Shown: positions 36,233 to 48,228, counted from the first letter of the stretch. The stretch: 54,885 nt of DNA from Halocafeteria seosinensis (GCA_001687465.1 LVLI01000170.1:62001-116885), one strand, 5' to 3'. The notes: generated from the sequence alone by a model not told the origin. Numbers and translations: made by a program.

Positions 36233-37601
36233 CAAGCAGGAGCTCCTTCAGTTCATCCGAGTACTTGGGAATTATATATTTGCTTCGTCAATCTTGATAT
36301 AGGTAAATGGACTGGCAACTGAAACGATAAAGTTTACTCAATTCAAGCACTAAAGTTTTTGCTTCACGGATTATGGTTGCTGCGCTCTGACCCTGGTCAT
36401 CTCCATTCATTCTATCTAGTTAGAGGAAAAGGATCAATGCATGCGACGGGTGATAGTCAGTAGGAATACGAAGAGCGGTTTAAATTGATCGTGTATGTAC
36501 TTGTGATGTGGGAGGGGTAAGTATCGTGTTTTCTTCCTAGGCCGTGTGTGTAATTCGTCACACAACTTAGTGCAGACTAGGAGCTACGACATCACGAGTA
36601 CACAATCTGGGTCGCTCGAGGACGCATCTAGTGCGAAGTTCGCTGCCACTGCAATCCATGCTGCTGCAAATTTCTGTCGCTTCACGTTGTACTTATTGGC
36701 GCACGTAATGGGGGTTCGAGTGCTACAGTAGATGGATGCCTTACTTCAGCGTGAAAGGAAACACGGTAGGAGCTCGGCTACAGACAGACAAACTGCCGCC
36801 GCTGTGCAGTAAGAACGACCTATCAGTGAATCCAGGACAGTGGTAACATCCTACATACACTCGTCTAATTGCGTGCACATTGTACATACCCAAGTGGGGC
36901 TCTCCTGCTCTCGTTGCCCCCTAACACCCACCAACACGACTTCTTCCAACGATGTTTCACGAGGCTGCAAGTGTGCCGCATCTTGTTTCTTGCTTGGCTC
37001 CATCCACCACTGAGGGAAGGAACCATGAAACTGAAATGCCAACCGACGCATACAACAGTCATACGTCTCCTTCTGTGGAGTGCCCACACAGGGCTGTGAC
37101 GGTCACGCGGCGTGACTCACGCCGCAATCAGGCATGCCTATGTTCTTGCTTGAAGAAAGAACGATGTATCTGGATACAACGACAGGGACCCATCCAAGGA
37201 CAAACAGGGTTGATATGAGAACGCACACGAACTTCTTGAAACAAGTTCGTGGTGACCTCTTTTCCATTTCTTCCGTCCGCATGAGACATATATGAGAGCA
37301 CAAAGCTTTCTTGGAAGGCCAGCTTGCAATTTTCTCCCGTACACATCGCGTTCAGGTGGAGTGGACGAAGGACGGATTCATTCCCCCGTAGCTACACTGG
37401 CTGGGGGTGGGGGCACTTTTTCATATATCTCGGTTTGCCCTTTCTACGTGTTTTACGGCAAGGATAAAGCCCTTCGACCGAGAAATCTGACATACAGGGA
37501 CGTAGCTCCGGAGCCTGTTTCTTGTTTGGCTCGCTCCCTGGTCAGGATTATTCTGTCTGACGATTATTTTCGGAAACAGCCTGACAGAGAGAGGGACTAA
37601 A

Positions 37602-40181
37602 ATGGTCAACGAGAAAAGTCACTTGGGCTACGCCATTTATATTCTTTGCTGCTTGCTACCAGCGTTGCTGGCGCTTCCGCCATCCACGACCCAGACTGAG
37701 ACTGTTGCTCGATCCATTCCGGCCACTACTGGTGGTATGTTGAATGCGTTGGAATGCTGTGACTTCGATGAAACACTGGCAGCAAAAACTAAGGAGGGGA
37801 TTTCTGTTCTGCGCTTGTCCTGGTTATCCAACTACGAACAGCAGCAACGGATAGCGATGTGGGCACATGTTTGGGGTTTCAAACCCAAATCACTAAAGAC
37901 CGGAGTCGACGGGCAATTGCTTGTACAAGCTCCTGGTCCTCATGCCACTTCAGTCGCTGTTTTAACGATATGGGACCGGCGGCTGCAGATAACATGTCGG
38001 TTTCCCATCGGTGATTATGTGAGTGAAAGAGGTGCTTCGGATTTCTCCATTTATTCCGCGGCAGCTGCGGAAGTTCGATCTACACTGTGTTCCCTGGAAA
38101 AATGGTCAGTGGCGGAAAATGTTCTATCCAATAGTGCACTAACACCTCGCTCTTGTTGCTCGGTGCTCAGCGTAGCAAAATCAGTGGACTGGACGGGTTG
38201 CGTCTATTTCGGTTTCTTTTCGACGGATTGCTATTTTTTTTTTGTTGACCGCGTAAATGTCGCACGAGCTTCAGTATCCATTCGAACCACCTTGAAAGCC
38301 TACGATGATGCTGCTTGCAGTTTCGGGCCCACATCATGCCTAACCTCCCATCAACAAGAGGGCTTGTTTCGCGTTCATGGAACTACCTGCTTGCTTCCTG
38401 ACGCAGGTATCGCCGTTAGAAGCAATAAGCAGGTTGGAAAGTCTCTGCCTGTGAGCAGTAACTATGGCACTCGCTCGGCAGAGCGAGTCAGTATCGAATT
38501 CCAAATGCCTCCATTATGTCTGGTCTGTCTAGTCATTTTTGGTGCAGCCTACCTCTCCATTTCCACGAAGATGTTCTTGGATAGCTACCAGACAGAGGCG
38601 GAGTCTCGTTCTGTGGTTGGATACTACAAAGCGTCGCCAAGTATCCCCTTGTATGGTCAGGAGAAGGAGAGACCCCGCGGGGGTTTGAACTCACTTTGCA
38701 GCGCGAAGCCGAGACGACGTAAACATCAAGCTCGCCTTATGGCTTTGGAATCGGTGCTTCTGTATCTCATCGCTTTGACAGTTCTGGTGGCATTCCCCGG
38801 GAAGTCGCTTGCACAGGAATCCGGCGATTTGCGCGAAAGTATCTTAGACGGCCATGAAACTTGTTTTCAGTATTTCCCGGATGACAATCTCTTCCGGATG
38901 AACTGCACTGTGCTTAGCTGGGAAGCCAGTGACTTCAATTACGATGGCAACACCCACATTTCGCTTAAGGCAAATGAGGTTTTTGATGGTGGTGGTCGCG
39001 AAGGAAATATCATTGACTTGGGGGGCACCGAAAACTTCCATGGATTGATCGCGACGGACAAGAACGGTAATGGCATTGAATCCTTGGATGAAGCCCCCTT
39101 GATTCGTAATGTACATGTCAAAAATGGGTACACTGCAGGCTGGGGTGGATTTATAGTTCGAGAAAAGCAAAGGTATTTTATGGTGGATTCATGTAGTTCG
39201 ACAGGAGAGCTCACTAACTGGAATACTGGTGGTATATGTGGCCATAAAGCGGGTCACAACGGAGGCCACATTAAGGTGTCAAATTCCCACTCTACAGGGA
39301 CAATACAAGGCAACAATGCAGGCGGTATTGCAGGATTTCGTGTAGCATCCGCAAACGGGACTGTTGTTATCACCCAATGTTATTCATCTGGGACGATTGA
39401 AGGACATCGTGCAGGTGGTATCTGCGGGGCAAAAGCGGGTAAAAACAAAGGTCATGTGTGGATCACACAATCGTATTCCACAGGAACTATTTACGGGGAA
39501 TACAGTGGTGGCATTACGGGAGGTGATACGGCACATAATGATGGTGAAGTCCATCTAAGAGATGTCTATACCCGAGGAGATATTGAGGGTAAGTCGGCCG
39601 GAGGAATTACAGGGGTTAATACACTGGGCTGTTGTGGACTCCAAACAGGCAATGTATACATAACGAATTCGTATGCGTCCGGTATTGTCCAAGATCCCAG
39701 TAGTGGTGGCGGATTTATTGGAAATATACAGACTGCCGCGAGTGGTTTTATTCAAGTGCAGTATTCGGTGTACAATGGCTCGAATGGGTCTACTATGGCA
39801 GGAGGCTACGGGTCTCAAGGGGGTGTATTGAACATTACAGGCATTTCAAACACGTTGGGTGGTTTACAAGGTAAACTGTATCATTATGAAGGCGTCCAGA
39901 GATGGGATACTGAAATCTGGGCTCTCAATGGCACTGATGATTTGCCCATTTTGCGCTTTCAGCTGCAGCAATCTAGACAATCGTCGCCGCAACCAAGTCC
40001 AGCCTCTAGAACCCCCTCTCCGTCTGCGTCAGAGACGCCCACTAACACGCCAACGTGGACACCTTCGGTCACGCCCTCTCAGTCTCATGTGCTAACTACG
40101 AAGCGAACACTTCCCGCGCAGCGACCTGGAAGCGTTTCGAAGCAATGTCCCGGTGATTACACGGAGCGCCAGAGGATGTAA
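37602..40181 (+). CDS. Secreted GLUG-motif-like beta-helix protein with S/T/P-rich tail (859-aa ORF; alternative start ATG 38739)
   Basis: Intronless ORF with repeats of about 28 aa (GGICG/GGIAG/GGITG..ITQCYSSGTI) resembling GLUG/MBG-associated beta-helix repeats of bacterial surface proteins. Signal-like segments at the ORF start and at MALESVLLYLIALTVLVAF. Confidence 0.8.
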   Translation: MVNEKSHLGYAIYILCCLLPALLALPPSTTQTETVARSIPATTGGMLNALECCDFDETLAAKTKEGISVLRLSWLSNYEQQQRIAMWAHVWGFKPKSLKTGVDGQLLVQAPGPHATSVAVLTIWDRRLQITCRFPIGDYVSERGASDFSIYSAAAAEVRSTLCSLEKWSVAENVLSNSALTPRSCCSVLSVAKSVDWTGCVYFGFFSTDCYFFFVDRVNVARASVSIRTTLKAYDDAACSFGPTSCLTSHQQEGLFRVHGTTCLLPDAGIAVRSNKQVGKSLPVSSNYGTRSAERVSIEFQMPPLCLVCLVIFGAAYLSISTKMFLDSYQTEAESRSVVGYYKASPSIPLYGQEKERPRGGLNSLCSAKPRRRKHQARLMALESVLLYLIALTVLVAFPGKSLAQESGDLRESILDGHETCFQYFPDDNLFRMNCTVLSWEASDFNYDGNTHISLKANEVFDGGGREGNIIDLGGTENFHGLIATDKNGNGIESLDEAPLIRNVHVKNGYTAGWGGFIVREKQRYFMVDSCSSTGELTNWNTGGICGHKAGHNGGHIKVSNSHSTGTIQGNNAGGIAGFRVASANGTVVITQCYSSGTIEGHRAGGICGAKAGKNKGHVWITQSYSTGTIYGEYSGGITGGDTAHNDGEVHLRDVYTRGDIEGKSAGGITGVNTLGCCGLQTGNVYITNSYASGIVQDPSSGGGFIGNIQTAASGFIQVQYSVYNGSNGSTMAGGYGSQGGVLNITGISNTLGGLQGKLYHYEGVQRWDTEIWALNGTDDLPILRFQLQQSRQSSPQPSPASRTPSPSASETPTNTPTWTPSVTPSQSHVLTTKRTLPAQRPGSVSKQCPGDYTERQRM

Positions 40182-41490
40182 AGTTTGAACACAAAATTCA
40201 TTCCGGCGACCATGAATTTAGCGGAGTTAAATGAGGAATAGACCATTCAATCGTACAAAAAAGCTTACCGAAGCTTTTATCTCCTCCACCATGCACAAAG
40301 AAAGGGGAGCCTTGGAGGCGAATGAAGCGTTATTCTTCTCTCCGAAGGAGGAAAGTGCAGAGCAAAGATGTACGACTCAGCGATGACGAATTGTCGATGA
40401 GACCAGGAATACAACGTATCTAGGAGTTTGAGTGAACGGGACCCAGCAGCAAGCTGCTCTCTTGTTTCTATTTCCCTGCTGCAGGGTTGGATGCCTAGGT
40501 TATTTGTTACAAGAGTAAACGTCTTCCCAGATCCTCTACCCCGTCGTCGACAATCGGCAAAGTGGAAACCCAGCATGGTACAGAGCAAGATATGATCCCC
40601 CAAGACTGGCTTTGACCCTAGTTCGACGATATTGTTTTATCAGACGGAACGCGTGTTGGCTTCTTTACTTTTATCGTGCTCATGGCTCTGGCTCAACATG
40701 GCAGGATTTCACTACACATTTTGACGCATAGGCCGTCCAACGCGGAAGCTAGAAAACTGCTGAGGCAAATGATCAATACATCGCATGAAGTTCAACAGGA
40801 CATGGTCCCCGCAGATCAGTTGGTGCTACATTACTTTACTGTCCCCATGTACGCTCGACTACCGTGTCCTGCTTCCATATATTCTAAATGACGTCCGTTA
40901 TAAAAAGTGTTTCCGTGGAGCGAACTTATTCATCAGGCTGAGGGCAGTGTTCCACGCCGAAACAAAAGGCTTTCATTTGTTCATCGTCACAGAAAACTCG
41001 GCCTGCAGTGTAATACTGAGTGTATGCGTTGTTGATGCGACATCTGGATGAAGAATGAAAGTGGCCACTCCGGCGCTATTGGCATCGGAGCGTATGTACT
41101 GTGTTGATGTACTGAGTTCCACCCTGTTGACAGCGAGGGTTGACACTATGCAATTCATCCCAGCGGTTCTCAATGAGAAGCGTCCTCCGGGGAAGAGGTT
41201 TAAGGTAACGGCGAAACAGGATGAGGTTACAATATCCAAAGGGCTCCAGTCGTTCATTAAGCTACCTGGTATTCGAACAAATACCGGTATGGCCTTGACA
41301 GAGTGCCTGTTTATCACCCAAAATGGACGACGTGGTATTCAGTCCCCAGACACTGTACTGGTATTCCAAGTCTGCGGAATTGGGATTGTTAATTAGGTTC
41401 ACAAAGAGCAGATACTGCGTAGATACTAGATAGTTTCAATTGAATAGACTTGTAGTTCGCGATTTAGTTTGCCGAAATAATTCACGGTAG

Positions 41491-43722
41491 ATGAGTGATT
41501 CATCGCATGGGAGGACAACTGTGCCCAGTTCCACCAGTGGCACTGTGACTTCTCCGAACAGGCGCACATGTACCATACCCGCAGCCGCACAGCCACCACG
41601 GGAGAATACCGACAATTCCGCCCATGTGAGTTTACTCGAGCGCTTACGAGGGAAGCCCTCGCATTGGATTCACCTCGCTGTGGCTCTCCTGTGGTGGAGA
41701 TTGTTACGAGGAGCGGCTACCAAGAGATACCGTCTTCAGAGTATGTTCACGTTGATGACCACGGTACTTCCGTCGGAATTGAGTCTCGGCTGTGTCGGCA
41801 TCTTGCATTTCACCATTGTCTGGACGGTGTATCGCTCTCTGAAACAGCTCTATCGCAGGACCCGAAGACCTTCTGAGAGCGAAGAGATCTCGTGCATACC
41901 AGGATGGAATCAGCTGTATCCCGCCATAACAGTAGCTGCCGGGGTAAATGCCCTCTCCACAGGTTCCTGGGTCAAGATGGCATACTCTGTTGGAGCAAGT
42001 AATCGGGAGATCATTCGACAGCTGGAAGTATCCAATGTTCCAACCGCAAATGTCAGGAAAACCTCGTTCACGAACTCGGTGTTGTCCTCGTGCTTGCCTG
42101 TTGCCTCCTTCAGACTTCCTTCCGATGTGGACTGCAACCGCGATATACCCTATTGGAAGCCCAGGCAGTCCTCGGCGCCCTTAAAGTTGGACATATACTC
42201 TTCGCGGAGGAAGCGGCTACGCAATGCTCCCGTGTTCATGTACATTCATGGTAAGTTTTCAGAGGTGCTTAGCTGGAAGCAGAACTTCCTGACGTCATGG
42301 GGAATTGGATGGACCATGCAGGAGGAGGATGGGTATTCGGAGATAAGCGCTACGCTTCGAGGGATTTGCTCCATAGACTAGCCCAGGAGGGATGGATCGT
42401 CGTCAGCATACAGTACCGATTAACCCCGAAAGTCTCCTGGCCATTTCACTTGCTGGATTGCAAAAGGTAAGCATCACTTTTGGCATAGCTACACAAGGTC
42501 TTGGTGCGCATTTCTACCAGTAGGAGGATCTGATGCAGAGCTTTACTATGGATCAAGAAGTACATCTCAACCTACGGAGGCGATCCTGGGAAGACTGCTG
42601 TCGGTGGTGATAGCGCAGGTGGTCATCTAGCAGCCATGGTAGCTTTGACAGCAAATGACCCTACCTTCCAATCCGGATACCTAGATGTTGATACGTCAGT
42701 TTGTGCGTGTATTGATCTCTATGGAATTATGGACTTGACGGATAGTCATTTTTTGTACCGAGCCAAGGACACCAGCCACGGCATGAAGAAACTCTCGCAA
42801 AATGTGTTACGACGCAAGTTCCCCAAAGAAAGGCCCGAATTCGTCAAGGCCAGCCCATTCTGGTGGGTCCAGGGTAGTGTAGCAATGGCCAAGGAACTAC
42901 ATGCTTCGACAGAGGAGGAGGATATTGAATCATTGAATCGATGTGCCAGAGTTGGAGCAATAGAGACAGAAAAGTATAAGGAGGTATTGACACAGCTGCG
43001 GCAGAGAAAAGAGAAGAAACTCGACGAACCGAGCTCGTTTATTGGGCTTGTGCCACCGACTGGAAGTGAGAATAAAGCTGAAACAGGTTCAGCAAGGAAG
43101 CGTTACTCGAAAGAGCAGGACGAGAAAGTAAGTTCTGGAACAGAAATGTGGAACTGTTCATACGTCCGTGCTTTCACCTCGGTGAAAACCTTGGGCGCCT
43201 GTGCAGACATACGAAAACAAGCCAGATGCAGTTGACTATGAACCCGCGAGAATCCCACCATTTCTTATCGTGCATGGAATGTTTGATACTTTAGTCCCTG
43301 TAGAAGACAGTATCCTATTCTGGAACGCTCTACAACGCCGAAGAAAGCGAGACAAGGACGCGTGGAATGCCTACCGCAGTGATGAGTTGCATCTGGCTGA
43401 AAGAATACTACTACGAGATCCTCCTGTCTTGGGCCTTGACTGCTTGGCACCAGAGAAACGCGACACTTCGAACAGCGCTGCCAAACCATTAGAGGTTTGG
43501 GGATACTTGGACCTGGAACAGAAACGGAATGGTTCCTTACCCATTAGATGCCGGAGTTTTGAACCAAATTCCGTGGAAGATGCTTTGATCTTGTTGGGAG
43601 CCACCCATCATGCATTCAACTATAGCCCCTCATTTCGGACGCATTCTGTTTCCAGTGCCGTTGTTGACTACTTGGATCACGTGATTAGCAGCGGAGCCAG
43701 AAACGAGGAAACGAAATTGTAA
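41491..43722 (+). CDS. HSL-family alpha/beta-hydrolase (carboxylesterase) with N-terminal hydrophobic segments, 4 exons
   Basis: Introns 42251-42321, 42467-42538 and 43128-43206 give YIHGGGW, QYRLTP, YGGDP..GGDSAGGHLA, VHGMFDTLVP and HHAF, i.e. the oxyanion motif and a Ser-Asp-His triad. Confidence 0.92.
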
Positions 43723-43901
43723 AGTCTAGGTCAGGTGAAGTACATTGTTTCCGGCTACGAAATAGCACTAAATGTGAAAGGCACAAGACGTCATACGGAA
43801 TGTTCTTGGTCGCATGCTACGACACGGCAATCATACCCAACTGCAAACTGTCAAGCAAAGAATGCTGTCAAACTCATTAATTTACGATTAAGTAAATCCC
43901 C

Positions 43902-45597
43902 TCACGTATATGCTGGCCAGTAGGCAGCACCGAAAGCACCAGCTCCCATTGTCTGTGTTGCATTACCGGGTGAAGTAGCACGATTCACTTTCAGCATCCT
44001 TCCAGCTATGTTGAACCCGTTCATCGTTTGAATAGCAGAATTAGCAGATTCTTCATTATCAAATTCGATAAACCCATACCCTCGATGTTGTTGTCCAGGC
44101 TGAGTCGTTTCTAAAGGAGGTAGCATGTTGCAGCTGACTATCCTCCCAAATGGTTCAAATATCTGCTGAACATGCTCGGCCTGCATTTCGAACGGCACGC
44201 TACCCACGTAAATACGGCAATTAGGATTTTGCTGCATACCAAATCCTGAAGCACCGCCACCTGCCGCAAATGACGCAGCTATTTTCGCCGCTTTTGATGC
44301 TGCTTCTGCTACTTTTTTGTTTTCCGAAGCAGTCGCCGGGGCTTTTACGGTCTGAGACACTTCAGTCTCAGAGTCGTTGCCAGAAGACGCCGGCGCTTCA
44401 TCCGTTGCTGTTGTTGTTTCTGTCTGAGAGTTTTCTGCCTGTTCAGATTGTGCTGTTGTTGGCGCTGTAGCGGTAGCGTCCTGAGTGGGCAAGGAGGCTT
44501 GCGCCGCTGCGGCATTAGCAACATTGTTCATGTCGAAGCCTGGAACTTGAGACACGGCTGATCCCGGGGCAATGTGAGGTCTCCCTACTCGTATCTTCCT
44601 TCCTGCTAGCTCAAACCCATTCATAACACTAATAGCAGTTTCTGCCGCTTCGGGAGTATCATATTCCAAAAAGCAATATCCCTTATGCTTTCCCGTTCTG
44701 CACTCACAAACGTTTGCTTTGGCACCAAGTGTTACTAAAAATGAAACGAACACACTACTGTACATACAATGGATCATTGCTCATTTCGACTGCGGTAATG
44801 TTTCCAAAAGGCTGAAAGACTGATCTCAATTCAGGTTCCCGGATTTCGTAATAAATATTGCCTACATAGATTCGCCGTCGTAAGGCATCTTTGGCTACAG
44901 CTCCCGTCATACCGGCCATCTCTCCCAAAGACTGTAGTATCACCCTATATCATAGATAAAGCCACAAAAAAAAACGAACGCAAGGAATTCTTCCTCCTGC
45001 TAATCCAAGTTTAACTTACCGAGAAATCAGCGTTCAATAGGGGGTTATTTTCGGCCTCCTTTTTCTGCGCTCGTTCCAACAGCTTCTGTTTGGTGCTAAT
45101 GGCCTGCTTTATCTGATTCGTGACTTTCTCCTTCTGCGCCTGGGAGAAGTCGTCCCTCTGGTCGATGGTCAAGATCTGCGCCTGAAGATTGCTTATATCC
45201 TGCTGCAGCGTCGATGAGGGCGGTAATTGCTCATCTGTATAGCACCCACACACACAAATACATACACACATACTGTATACAGTAATATAAGTGGTCTATG
45301 GATGTAATTACCTGGTATTTCATCGGCATTTGAGCTCCCATTGCTCCCCGAATGGCTGCTAAAAAAGCGCCTCCGGCGCCTCCGTTTCGTCGTTCCTGAG
45401 GCCTCTGCCTCTGCAGACGCATTATGCGCCTCTGAAGATGTAGTTTGGGTATCATTCGACGCCGTATTTCCTTGCTGGGAGGAGGAGGAGGAGGAGCCAT
45501 TTTTGTCCTCCTCCTGCAGGGCTCGTTTCTGACCACTAGAGGTCATTACATGGGAGGTATTGTTGTCATTGGCGTCCTGTTGGGTGTTTAATGACAT
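43902..45597 (-). CDS. PUF60: Poly(U)-binding splicing factor PUF60/half-pint-like (two RRMs), spliced
   Basis: RRM1 RIYVGNIYYEI..FQPFG..MSNDPL/TGKHKGYCFLEY..PEAA..MNGFELAGRKIRVGRP (intron 44698-44767) closely follows PUF60 RRM1. RRM2 RIYVGSV..FEPFGRIVSC..HRGYGFIEF. Further 5' exons extend to ATG 45597. Confidence 0.8.
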
Positions 45598-45621
45598 GAT
45601 TATGGGAATAGAGGGGCTAGT

Positions 45622-48195
45622 ATGCGCTATTGTAGAGACTTTTTAAACAAAATGAATTCTTCTTGTCGTTCTACGCAGGGGGCCATTGACGTCCCTTTTC
45701 TCTTATCCACCTGCATTCGCCTGACACGGGGCGCCGGGACCATTGTGCGCCATGTGGTGCATACGGGGGAAAATCTGCAGGCCATTGATAAAGCCTTACC
45801 GGCAGCAAGTTCAAGAGGAATCGAGAATTCTACAAGTGGAACTGGGACGGGAACCGAGGGTGGAAATGGACTTCTACAGGATCCCCAGACCATTGCGGAT
45901 CGACGGGCCCAAGAGTACATTGTGCGTTCGCTCCGGGAGACGTTTGGGCCCCAGTTGCCCATTGTCGCCGAAGAAGGCGATGTTATTGAGGATACGGATG
46001 CCGAGACGTTATTGTTTCCCAAGGACTTGGAGCGCGAGCTGCATGAATTGGAACAAGAGAATGAGGGAGAACTGGAGAGGAATCGCCAAAATATGTGGAA
46101 GCTTGTGGGCCAGGGCGTGGACTGGAGTCAAGGAGTGGACCCGAAACGGCTGTGCGTCTTTGTAGACCCATTGGATGGAACCAAGTCGTTCACGCGTGGG
46201 CAGTATCATGCTGTTACAACGCTACTGGGAATTACATTGGATGAGCGGCCGCTTGCTGGGGTAGTTGGCATACCGTTTTTGAACTGGGAATTGCAGAAAA
46301 CAGAAGCGCAGTCTGTTGATTCCACGGAGGACGATGAGAAAAGCATTAAGCGTCGACGCCTTCGGACGCTTGGAAAATCTGCATTTTCGCATGAACTCTA
46401 TGGTCTAGTAGGGGTGGGGACGTTTGGAGTAGAGGAACTAAAGCAAAAACTGCAAGATTGTTCGTTGGCTAATACAGCACCAGCGGCAATAGATGAGGAT
46501 AAAACAAAAGAAATACAGACGAATAGTACTGCAGACTTGTCCCTGACCCCGTCGTTGCTGTCTTCACTTAAGCCGACCAGCTACATGGTACCGAAGAAAG
46601 CTGTGATTTCTGCATCCCGATCGAATTGGGACTCACTCAGTGCCTTGATTATGATGAACATCTTTCCCAAGGATGTCACGTTTATCAGTGGTGCTGGAAG
46701 TAAATTTGTTGAGATGCTACTGGGTAACGCCGACGTTTATTTATTTCCTCGTCCACATACTTCGCGATGGGATATTGCTGCTGGAGAAGCCTTAGTTCGG
46801 GCGTGTGGTGGTGTGGTATCCGATGCGGAGGGACGGCGATATCGGTATGAGCCGCTTACATATGAAGCATGTCAAGAGAGGACGGCGAACTCGGACAGTG
46901 CGGATACCTTTCAAACGCTTAACAAAAATCACCGTGGTGTCGTCGCTGCAAATTGTCCCATGTTTCACAGGTGGACAGTGGAAAACCTGGCAGTGCAACA
47001 TCTAGCTCGAGATCCCATCGGAAGGGTTGCTTCTCCCGCGTGGATAAGGTCACTACCCAAAGTTACTTCTCTTTCAACACAAGTGCACTGTCTTGTGGGC
47101 ATATCGTCATGCACATACGAAGGCGCATCTATGACCGCAACTGGAATTGCGCTCTATACGGAAGAAAGGGCTACACTCACACCTCGTCAGTGCGGGGAGA
47201 TAATTCTAAAACGTTTCCTCGGAGAAAGACAACAGCGTCTTCAGCGGTTAAAGCAAGAGCAGCGAATTCACGATATGCTAAGAGATGCTCCTCCCGATAG
47301 CCCGCTTCTCCGTTGTCTGTTGTCAACAACTGAAAGTGATCTCAAAGGAATTCACTCACCGAAACATGCTGGAAGTAGGTCATGTGTTAGTTTCCTCGAT
47401 ATTAGCCACCTCAACAGCCCGAAGATACTCCAGAGGCATAGTAGTGAGGAGGCGCATTTAGTTGTTGCAGCGCTGGGAGCTCTGCACAAAAGTAGCACCC
47501 ACCAACGACAGGAAAGACTTGAGTGTTACAACGTGGACATTCTACACCGGTAAGTCGGTATCGTGATTTCATCTCGAGTGTCAATGCGGTATCTCAATTT
47601 GTTTACCGCAATTTGCAGTGACGAAATTGACTCTACTGATTCGGTTCATACGGAATCTTTGCTATATAAGAACACCACAAGACTAGTGTCCGAGTTGAAG
47701 AGGATAATCCTTTCTTCCAGAACAGAACCGGAGACACTCAGGAAGCGAGACGTCCTTCGTTCGTGGGATGCATTACAAATAGGGAACGTGGGCTTAGGCG
47801 CAATTGTCATTGCGGAATCTCCTGAAGGAAAACCTGGGGCTTACTTCTACGATACGTCACTTGGGGGTACTGATGGGGGTCTGCTTGACTTATGTCGCTA
47901 TATATGGTCCTCGCTCTCGATCGATACCATCAAGAGGCATGAATTATCTCTGGTTGAAAAATACTTCCTTAGTTTCTTGGGAGTTGCCGAACTAACGGAA
48001 GAACAACGGCAGCACTGCCATAATATCTATATTGTATCGTTAGCTTTGTTGGTTCATAAAGCCCTTTTCCTGCATCCTGGTGTGGGAGCGCCAGAGGATG
48101 AACGACTGCCAAGAATTGGTGTGTGCAGTAGGGAAGCCCACAGTTACCTGGATGATCTTTTCAAACGCTGCCACATAGACAGCGAAAGTTTCTAA
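45622..48195 (+). CDS. BPNT1: 3'(2'),5'-bisphosphate nucleotidase/IMPase-family phosphatase fused to a degenerate APH/choline/ecdysteroid-kinase-like domain
   Basis: DPQTIADRRAQ, AEE, FVDPLDGT, GAGSK and WDIAAGEA motifs. Intron 47550-47618 extends the frame to TAA 48195. The C-terminal part has ALGALH, YFYD..GGLLDLCRYIWSSL..ELSLVEKY. Start is 45622 or 45652. Confidence 0.8.
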
Positions 48196-48228
48196 ACAAA
48201 CGCTGAACGCACACTCCAGACAACTGGC

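Noticed and set aside
37602..40181. Bacterial contamination as the source of the GLUG-like gene
   Set aside because: It is embedded among spliced eukaryotic genes, and its paralog carries a retroposon found elsewhere in the window.
40780..41400. Overlapping ~113-aa ORFs upstream of the esterase
   Set aside because: Both strands are similarly open and no product is recognisable.
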